From: Octopus vulgaris
Lineage: Eukaryota
DNA: 64,000 bases
Direction: 5' to 3'
Assembly: GCA_951406725.2 (NCBI GenBank)
Contig: OX597823.1
Location: forward strand, 22,072,001 to 22,136,000
Position numbers and translations under genes: made by a program. Positions 55,006 through 64,000 of this stretch are shown piece after piece; within the stretch, counting starts at the first letter, position 1; every line of letters starts with the position of its first letter. The notes below the pieces were generated by a model. It was not told the origin of the DNA and made no database searches. It saw only the letters and a list, made by a program, of their open reading frames with translations.

Positions 55006-55212
55006 TGTGTGTCTGTGTTTGTCCCTCTAGCATTGCTTGACAACCGGTGCTGGTGTGTTTACGTCCCAGTCACTTAGCGGTTCGGCAAAAGAGAGGGATA
55101 GAATAAGTACTGGGCTTACAAAAAATAAGTCCCGGGGTCGATTTGCTCGACCAAAGGTGGTGCCCCAGCATGGCCGCAGTCAAATGACTGAAACAAGTAA
55201 AAGAGTAAAAGA
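54817..55212 (+). mobile_element. SINE family B
   Basis: Copy with a short internal deletion and an expanded internal (TA)n. Confidence 0.85.
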
Positions 55213-55360
55213 TTATATAGTGAGAGAGTCCGGAAGTGTCTCGAATGGGCTGGAGAATTTCTATTTTGGATATATTTGGGGTACTTAATTGTGCTCATGA
55301 CTTAGTGTTTGCTTCTTCTGTGGGTATAGGTAGGTATTTCATTTATTTCCTTGCCGCATT

Positions 55361-55414
55361 TATCACTGACGAAGAGAAGGTTCTTATGTATTAACTCCGA
55401 AATCGGGTCCGATA
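55361..55414 (+). ncRNA. Slightly degenerate type I hammerhead motif
   Basis: TATCA-CTGACGA-AGAG...CTCC-GAAATCGGGTC-CGATA. Canonical core and GUC site; one stem I mismatch and a weak stem II. Confidence 0.4.
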
Positions 55415-55547
55415 TGGTAATAACGGAATTTTTTTAGAAATTTCTGTCGGCTTTCTTCGAGACGCATGATTATAGTGATGAACGATGTGTCTAGTTTCGG
55501 CATATTTGGCATTGGAAATTTTTTTTCTTTTGCCCTTGTTTATAAGT

Positions 55548-55688
<141 letters not shown>

Positions 55689-56630
55689 GTTGGAGTTGCG
55701 TGTGTCTGCATGTGTGCGTGTATCTGTGCTTGTGTATGTGATTCTGCGTTTTATATAACGTAATATATATAACATGTAGTTTATATCCGTAAGACATGCA
55801 AAAGTTACCGAACGTCTACAAAACTCCAGGTATATGATAATTTGAAATATCAGCACAAATATAGAGGAAGGAAATAATTCCGGTAAGAATTGAACGGGAA
55901 AAGATCTTAGAATTTAAAAGTTCCAAAGGAGTCATGTAAGGTTATCTACTCTCTCTAGTCTATTTAAACTTATACGCTAAAGTCTTTAAAAAATAATGCT
56001 ACCTTGTCTACAAAAGTTTGTAACTATACTAAACAACAAGGGAATGATCAATGGAAATGAAATGAGTGTAAAGGAATCAATGGTAATCAGCAAGACACAA
56101 TAATCACCATGAATAAGTATTACGACTGAAGGCAGACCAATTCAAAGATAATATATTTGAAGTATATCAAACGGAAAACGGGAGAAGTAGAAGTAAAATC
56201 AACAGAAAAAATTGTGATAGACAGAAATCATGTGAAAAATATCAAGCATACTAAAATCGAAACCAGAAAGAAAGTTAAAATGTTTTATACGATCCATTCT
56301 TTTATAGATGGAGCTTAAAATATAGGTATTAACCAAAGTATTATGAAGTAGATTATTATCCATTAAGAAGTGGGAACATAAAAGACTTTTGAGAAAACAC
56401 TAAAAAATGTAATAGAAATATTAAAATTACTAAGTCTCTCTAAAGGAGATTACGGCAGCGTTACTGGATATTAATAGTTATCGCCATACTAATATGGCAG
56501 TCTATAAATATAAGACTAAAGCTGTCGCTGATTAGCTCCAAGAGGCCATCGCCTCTAGCTAGCTATATGACACACGAACCTGCGTCCATTACAGACGGTC
56601 AGTAGCGACACCTGCTGGTTCTGACTACGG

Positions 56631-56669
56631 TGCATTGATAAAGGGCAACAACCCTGAAACATGTCTGCA
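56631..56669 (+). ncRNA. Type I minimal hammerhead ribozyme, U3-A8 variant, copy 1
   Basis: TGCA-TTGATAA-AGGG CAACAA CCCT-GAAA C AT G TC-TGCA. Predicted cleavage after GUC at 56665. Confidence 0.7.
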
Positions 56670-56991
56670 GATGTCTGACTAGCAAGGTGAAGCGGCTGAC
56701 CTCCCCTGTTCGAAGGTTGTAATGGACGCAGGTTCGTGTGTCATATAGCTAGCTAGAGGCGATGGCCTCTTGGAGCTAATCAACGACAGCTTTAATCTTA
56801 TATTTATAGACTGCCATATTAGTATGGCGATAACTATTAATATCCAGTAACGCTGCCGTAATCTCCTTTAGAGAGACTTAGTAATTTTAATATTTCTATT
56901 ATTGAAAACAAGTGGATGTATTCCACTGTAACTAGGTAAATAAAATCTTCGAACAGACGGTCAGTAGCGACACCTGCTGGTTCTGACTACG

Positions 56992-57032
56992 CTGCATTGA
57001 TAAAAGGCAATAACCCTGAAACATGTTTGCAG
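56992..57032 (+). ncRNA. Type I minimal hammerhead ribozyme, U3-A8 variant, copy 2
   Basis: CTGCA-TTGATAA-AAGG CAATAA CCCT-GAAA C AT G TT-TGCAG. GUU site; one stem II mismatch. Confidence 0.62.
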
Positions 57033-57540
57033 ATGTCTGACTAGCAAGGTGAAGCGACTGACCTCCCCTGTTCGAAGGTTGTAATGGACGCAGGTTCGTG
57101 TGTCATATAGCTAGCTAGAGGCGATGGCCTCTTGGAGCTAATCAGCGACAGCTTTAGTCTTATATTTATAGACTGCCATATTAGTATCGCGATAACTATT
57201 AATAAAAAATGTATAAAGCAAGTAAGGAACTACTAAAAACAAAAAATATTATACTAGACTCTATCAAGCAGAAAAAAATTGAAGTAGTTTATACATTGAA
57301 TTGAAAAAAGAAAAGAAGAAAAAGAATAGAATACAAAACGAACTAGAAAACATTTAGAAGAAAATCAAGAATTATCTGGCTGGATAAAATCTAGAGTTGG
57401 ACAGACTTTCCAATTCAATAAATGTCTAAGTAGAAGAATGAATAAGTTGGCGATCCATACTGAGAGCCACGATAGCTGATAATATCGAGAAGCAAACACA
57501 AGCACACACACAGACACGCTAACATACACACGCATACGTA

Positions 57541-58733
57541 TAGGGGTTGGACAAAATAATGGAAACACCTAACATCATAGCATCATAATTTTGAAATGTC
57601 TATAAAACCATCAAAAGCTTGTTTATTTTTATGATTTTTGGTTTCTTATTAATATTGCTTAATATGTTTTGCTAAAATCGCTGTTTCTTTCCAGATATCA
57701 TCAGAAAAAGCTAATTAGAATTCATTAAAATGACAAATTTATCGGACTTTCAAAGAGGTCAAATTGTTGGTGCTCGTATGGCAGGCGCTAGCGCAACGAA
57801 AATAGCTAAAATGTTTGGTGTATCAAGAAGTACTGTATCGAAAGTAATGATAAACTTCGGGAAAGAGGGAAAAATCTCCCTGTCGAAGCAAAACTCTGTA
57901 AGAAAACCAAAACTTTCAGACAGGAACCATCGGACTCTTACGCGAATTGTTAGAAAGGATCACAAAAGTACAACCGGATTTCACGGAAGGGCTGCAATCA
58001 GTAAACAACTACTTTCAAAAACAAACGTTGCAAAATGTTTAGAGTGGAGTAAAAACCTACAGAATTGGTCCCTAGAGCAGTGGAAGAATGTTATTTCCTC
58101 GGATGAGTCATCCTTTACTTTACTTCCGACCTACGGCCGAGTATACGTGTGGAGACAGCCAAAAGAAGCATTTGACCCAGACTGCTTTCTTCCAACTATT
58201 AAACATGGAAGAAGATCTGTGATGATCTAGGGGGCTATATCTTGGAAATCCGCTGGCCCAATGATTTCCCTTCATGGTAAAATTAATATTCTAAACTATT
58301 TAAGCATTTTATCTGATCAAATTCATCCTATGGTTGCAGAACTGTTTCCGGAGGAAAACACAGTCTTTCAGGATGATAATGCACTAATTCACACAGCTAA
58401 AGTTGTTACTGAATGGCACGAGGAACATTTTAGTCAAGTTGAACATCTTATCTGGCTACCACAGGCCCCAGATCCCAATATTATTGAACATTTATGATGC
58501 ATTTTAGAAAAACAAGTAAGGGGTCGATATCCTCCACTATCATCACTACAAGAGCTGGAGACTGTTTTAATTGAATAATTGACAGAAATTCCCCTGGAAA
58601 CAATTCAAACTTTGTTTTCAGACCATACCTCGTAGAATTCAAGCTGTAATTACTACCAAAGGTGGTCCTGCCCCATATTAGAATAAATTTGTTTGAAATT
58701 TTAAGGTATTTCCGTTATTTTGTCCAACCCCGG
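57541..58733 (+). mobile_element. Tc1/mariner DD36E-type transposon, copy 2
   Basis: TA|TAGGGGTTGGACAAAATAATGGAAACACCT ... AGGTATTTCCGTTATTTTGTCCAACCCCGG|TA; ~1.19 kb. Confidence 0.93.
57730..58680 (+). pseudogene. Inactivated DD36E transposase
   Basis: HTH MTNLSDFQRGQIVGARMAGAS..., SSDES, FQDDNA...PDPNIIEHL. Premature stops at 58228 and 58495 and an internal deletion after CACAAAAGTACA relative to copy 1. Confidence 0.88.
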
Positions 58734-58856
58734 TATCTGTTTGCCTGTATACAGATACGTCTGTATATTTATACATATATATGTATGTGTGTATGTATGT
58801 ATGTATGTATGTATGTATGTATGTATGTATGTATGTATGTATGTATGTATGTATGT

Positions 58857-59240
58857 ATAGGCGCAGGCGTGGCTGTATGGTAAGAAGTAGCTCCTCAATC
58901 ACATAGTTTCAGGTTCAGTCCCACTGCGTAGACCTTGAGTAGGCGCCTCTTACTATAACCCCGGATCGACCAAAGTGTTGTGAGTGGATTCGACAAACAG
59001 AAACTGAAAAAAGGTTCACACACACACACACACATATATACTTATATATATATACATTTTTGTATCTTTGTATTTTTACTTGACCTCCACCTCCACTTGA
59101 CAACCTGTATTGGTTGTTTACTTCGCATGACTTCGCGTTTCTGCAAAAGAGACTAATCGAATAAGTATTTGGTCTAGGAACGAATAAATAATTCGGTCAC
59201 CTTTTCCGACTAAACCCCTCAAGGTGTGGTCGCAGTCAAA
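58857..59240 (+). mobile_element. SINE family B, diverged
   Basis: ATAGGCGCAGGCGTGGCTGTATGGTAAG...GGTTCAGTCCCACTGCG...; decayed tail. Confidence 0.65.
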
Positions 59241-60108
59241 TTTACATCTATATCTATATCTGTATCTATTCAATACTATGTAAGTTTAATTTGAATTAGT
59301 TTCACTCATCAGAACACAAATAATCCTTATTCCTCTGTATATATGCGCTTGTCAAACGTAGCGGCTCTAAAACTCTTTTGAATTCCTTTCATTTCACTCC
59401 TGACATCTTTACTCTAAAAAAGACATCTGTCCGAAACGTTGGGTACTGCACAATCTATTTGCACTGTTTCTGTCGCTTCTTTGACAAATCTTGCCGATTT
59501 AAGATACCAGCAATCTGAATGGATGTTGTTTTATCCGATATATAAACCGTGAAATACGTAGTTATTTTCCTTTAGTTCTCTATACACGAAGAGAGTAACC
59601 AGTTGTATTTACATCACCTTTAAGTGCTTTAACGAAAAACTTAGAAACTGTAGTTGAATTCCACTAAATTTATCTTAGGTTTTCTTATACGCACTGTACG
59701 TCTAAGCTGTAATAAAGATAGCTGTTTATTAAACAGCTTGAAGTATGTAACTTTTACTAAAAGAAAGCAAGTATTAGAGTCTATATTGCCTAGAAAATAC
59801 TTATAAATTCCCATTTTAATATGCATTTACCAAATTATATTTTTCAAGTTCTTTTGTTATGACAAAACTGACTTTTATTAACAACCACATAGTTTTATAT
59901 GACTGAAAAACAAATTTTGTCAAATCGTGTCTCCTGAAAACATAAAGAACGGATATAATCAGCGTATTATATTATATCAAAACGACATGAATGAAAACAC
60001 ACACACACACACATACACACACAAACACACAGACACACACACACCACATACGCGCATATATATTTACACACATTTGCGAATATATGTATCTCTCTCTCTC
60101 TCTCTCTT

Positions 60109-60152
<44 letters not shown>

Positions 60153-60303
60153 GAATTTACAAAAACAAAAAACAAAAGACGAATAGTTTTTCTAAGTTAC
60201 GTTATATATATATGGTTGAAATTTATAGAAAACAAAAGCCGAAGTCAGGTGTATGAAAAACAAGCAAGTGTATTAGTTTGACGCTCGGGAAAATGAAAAA
60301 GTC

Positions 60304-60379
<76 letters not shown>

Positions 60380-60394
60380 ATATATATATGTATG

Positions 60395-60435
<41 letters not shown>

Positions 60436-60469
60436 CATATGTATATACACATACACACACACACATATA

Positions 60470-60690
60470 CATTCATTTTGATGTATTTATTAATTAAAAT
60501 CAGATGTATAAGTAATCAAAATGAATAAATAAATACATAAATAAATATAAATGAATAAGAATAAATGAGTTAGCATTTTTCACTAATCAATTCTTTATTT
60601 ATTTATTTATTCATTTGCTTAGTTCATTTGTTTGTTTTGATTACTTATACATGTGATTGTAATTAATTAATAAATAGATCCAAATGAATG
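60470..60690. repeat. Imperfect AT-rich fold-back inverted repeat
   Basis: CATTCATTTTGATGTATTTATTAATTAAAATCAGATGTATAAGTAATCAAAA pairs with TTTTGATTACTTATACATGTGATTGTAATTAATTAATAAATAGATCCAAATGAATG. Confidence 0.8.
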
Positions 60691-61069
60691 CTCATAGGTT
60701 GATGTTTGAAGATTGATTATCTTCTCCATTTTCTTATTTGCTTAATAAATTCTGGGTAAAATTCTGTTTTACCCCCACTCCTACCTAGTATTCAATAGCG
60801 GCACTGCTCTACAACAGTAAGCACTTGGATATAAATACGTAGGTACACATCGAGTAGTATATTGGATATTTATTATCCCTTAGATGGTTGTCTAACCACT
60901 AATTCATGCAGACATATATATATATATATATATATATATTTGAGTAGTTGAATGAATTCTTGTTATGGATAATTCGGTTAACCGATACCTGGGTAGCAAA
61001 TTCACATCAGAGAAGACACGTTTGAAGTTACGTGCTTTCGTGTGGAAATTTGTACGTTTTTTTAAAAAC

Positions 61070-61146
<77 letters not shown>

Positions 61147-61148
<2 letters not shown>

Positions 61149-61530
61149 GTTAATGTAATATGTGACAATTAATCGGTTGCCAAGATAAAACTCCGAGTTT
61201 CGGATGCCGAGGTGGAAATTCACGCCGCCATCTCTTCAGTTATCCGGCCAGCGGAAAAACGCTATGACAAATGACCGTTATACAAAGGGAAATTACTGTG
61301 TTGTTTACCGCTATTAAGACAAAAGAGCTATTTTAATGACCGCTAAGTAAGGTAAGCGGGGGGGGGGGGGGGTAATACCTGAAGAGAATTTCCACCTCGG
61401 CATCCGAAACTCGGAGTTTTATCTTGGCTACCGAATAATTGTCATATATTACATTTACTGATAATTTCCTCTATTTACATAATATCGAGGTCTCTTTCTT
61501 TCTTTTGTTATCTTACCGTTTTTATCAATA
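61147..61530. mobile_element. Penelope-like pLTR-type element with inverted structure, in (TA)n
   Basis: 61147-~61222 is inverted relative to ~61387-61460. Same family as 3678-3922. Hammerhead motif in the left arm and a deleted version at 61379-61423. Confidence 0.65.
61184..61244 (-). ncRNA. Type I hammerhead ribozyme motif with long stem II
   Basis: Reverse complement: GATAA-CTGAAGA-GATGGCGGCGTGAATTTCCACCTCGGCATCC-GAAACTCGGAGTT-TTATC. Canonical core, 5-bp stem I, short stem III, GUU site. Confidence 0.62.
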
Positions 61531-61582
61531 TATATATATATGATATAAATACATATATATATATATACATATATATATACAT

Positions 61583-61668
<86 letters not shown>

Positions 61669-61864
61669 GTATATATATACACGATGTATTAGCTCCGCAC
61701 CTCCCCACCCTAGAAGCTGCACCACCTGTTTGCATCCAATATGCAACGTCATGTGTTGCCAAATAAGGAAACATATATAACAATTGGAATAAAGGAGTAA
61801 CAAGTTATACCTATGTTCTTTTCCTTTTATGCACACAAACGGGATATATATATATATTTGTATA

Positions 61865-61935
<71 letters not shown>

Positions 61936-61981
61936 TGTATATGTATATATATATATGTATATGTATATGTATATGTATATA

Positions 61982-62021
<40 letters not shown>

Positions 62022-62081
62022 TATATGTATATATATATATATGTATATGTATATGTATATATATATATGTATATATATATG

Positions 62082-62157
<76 letters not shown>

Positions 62158-62174
62158 TGTATGTATATATATAT

Positions 62175-62310
62175 ATATTATATTAAATTAGAGATAAAAC
62201 CACTATTAGGCAAATCAAACAGTGAAAAACATAAGCCAGTACATGTATTGGCATGTTTTTCACTGTTTGATTTGCCTAATAATGGTTTTATCTCTAATTT
62301 AATATAATAT
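62175..62310. repeat. Near-perfect ~135-nt hairpin
   Basis: ATTATATTAAATTAGAGATAAAACCACTATTAGGCAAATCAAACAGTGAAAAACAT and its reverse complement from 62253 (1 mismatch). The left arm also occurs alone at ~5027-5075. Confidence 0.9.
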
Positions 62311-63369
62311 ATTTACACTATAAAATTGGATTTAATCCTAAATCTCATTTTTCCCTGTAAGTTTGGATTTATTCCCTAATATTATATACATATATATGTA
62401 TGTATGTATGTATGTATATATAAAGAGCATATATGTATATGTATGTTTGTATGTCAGTGTGTTTGCGCGTGGGCGTGTGTTTGTATGTCTGTGTATACGT
62501 GTATGGTGTATGTGTATATATATGCATATAAGTGTATTATAGACATATGCATATACACTCACACATACACACACACACATATATATGAAGCGAGATAGAT
62601 TGCCATTTAGGTAGATAATTAGAAAAATAAATAAATACAGGTATGTGGAGAGTGGGAGGGAGATAAAGAGGAAGCGAAAGAAAGAAACAGGCAAAACAAA
62701 AACAAAAAAAAAAGATTTATGATTAACAAAAATAATGAAATCTGTTGCATGTGTGAAATAATAGTCGATGGACAGAGCTTCCGGTTAAACTCTATCGTGA
62801 ATATAATAAGAAAATACGAGGAAAATCTATAGAAGCAGAAGCTTAATTATTAAATTTATTACGTGGTGGAATGAACCGGTTTACAATGGTTAATATAACA
62901 TCGTGTTATTGCAGTTAAGCGATGTAAATTGTCAGCGATACGGAAAACGCAATTTCTCGGCGGTTGTATATAAAATGCGTCGTGGTAGCATTAAAAACTA
63001 ATAAAATTCTCTATTGTAATAATGTAGAATTGTTTGTAACGCCACGACCATCAAAGCATCACAACCACCACCACCACCACCACCACCGCCGCCACCACCA
63101 CCACCACCACCACCACCAGCTCCATCACCACAGCTATATATAGCACCAGCAAAGACAACCATATCCCGTAACTCCAACAAAACAATCACTACAAACAATC
63201 TTCACACCAACATCTGCAGCGACACCCGGACCGCAACAAACATAACCACCATCGTCGCCACCACCAGAATTACTACCATAACAACAACAACAACAGCAAC
63301 AACAACGTAACAGCAACAACAATTATTTAAATGGCCGTTAGTTATCTTTCTGGTCTAATGGCGTTAAGT

Positions 63370-63780
63370 GGACGTAAAAGGTCTCCTGCAAGCAAAAACG
63401 GAATGTAAATCTGACATTTTCAAAACATCTAGGACCTACTGCTGGCTGCAAAATGAAATGGATCGAGAAGAATTAAGTGTTTGGCCAAAATACACAATAG
63501 ATTCAGTAGTCTTTCTTTGCTAGCATTTTCTGATAGGCACACACAAATGCACAGAACTGGCACATCGTATAGGAAAAGGATCACATCAACTTTAAACGGA
63601 GTCTGGATAGATTCCTTCAAAGAATACCAGATAAACCACCCATAATTGGATACAACTCACCCAACAAGAACTCACTACTTGAACAAAACTTGACTTAAAC
63701 AGGATTCGAATAATCCTATCAGGTGGTGCTATTAAGTTAGACATGGCCTGGACCAATCTTTGGTCGAAACATATCTAAGT
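63370..63780 (+). mobile_element. CR1/Jockey-group LINE 3' end remnant
   Basis: Translation NFKRSLDRFLQRIPDKPPIIGYNSPNKNSLLEQ (63588-63686) resembles the FKxxLDxFLxxIPDxP...NSL C-terminus of such LINEs. Confidence 0.6.
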
Positions 63781-64000
63781 TTTTATATACATCTATGAGT
63801 ATATTTAGCTCGTCTGAAGAAACGCATATGTATATGTATAAATATATATGTGTGTGCGCACATATTGGCCTGCTCGCTTAGCCAGCGGGGTGGCGTCATT
63901 TGAAGGCTAAAACTATGCGAAGTGCATTGTGACCAGCGATGTGTAGCAACATCTGATAGCTTTGTCGGTCACGGTGATCACGGTGATATATATATATATA

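Larger units (their letters stand above)
56401..57213 (+). mobile_element. Hammerhead-carrying retrozyme/Penelope-pLTR-like insertion (inverted + tandem 362-bp unit, 11-bp TSD)
   Basis: TSD TAAAAAATGTA at 56401-56411 and 57203-57213. Inverted arms 56411-56592 / 56719-56900. Direct repeat 56591-~56842 = 56953-~57204 (period 362). Confidence 0.85.
55850..57480 (+). mobile_element. Heavily decayed RTE-type RT remnant, interrupted by the hammerhead element
   Basis: KGVM*GYLLSLVYLNLYAKV (~55926-55985) resembles GVRQGCxLSPxLFNLY. A-rich LINE-like composition resumes after 57213. Confidence 0.5.

Noticed and set aside
59295-59316. CTGATGA-GT-GAAAC on the minus strand as a hammerhead
   Set aside because: No stem II and no convincing stem I/III; likely chance.
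63735-63780. GACCA-ATCT-TTGGTC-GAAAC hairpin as a hammerhead
   Set aside because: No CUGANGA strand; better explained as a LINE 3' UTR stem-loop.

Overview
Eukaryotic, AT-rich, repeat-dominated DNA. The SINE families and the dense (TA)n/(ATT)n/(CA)n/(ATAC)n tracts look like an octopod cephalopod genome (inference). Only one host gene is well supported: a two-coding-exon nucleoredoxin-like/tryparedoxin-type thioredoxin (WCPPC; 44213-44496 + 47851-48019, 150 aa). Its phase-2 intron appears to sit at the NXNL2/RdCVF2 position, with an immediate in-frame stop. The rest is mobile DNA: two decayed DD36E Tc1-type transposons; three abundant tRNA-like SINE families; a ~555-bp element found only in (AAT)n; four R4/Dong-like RLE retrotransposon remnants in microsatellites; Tx1/L1, RTE and CR1-like LINE remnants; a Merlin-like MITE and transposase remnant; and Helitron/Helentron-like elements. 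The most striking signal is a set of small non-coding elements carrying minimal type I hammerhead ribozyme motifs. The best is a 362-nt-period, TSD-flanked, inverted-plus-tandem retrozyme/Penelope-like insertion at 56.4-57.2 kb whose core carries a compensatory U3-A8 pair. Almost all other ORFs in the track are microsatellite or SINE artefacts. All family assignments come from motif recognition by eye, not from searches.
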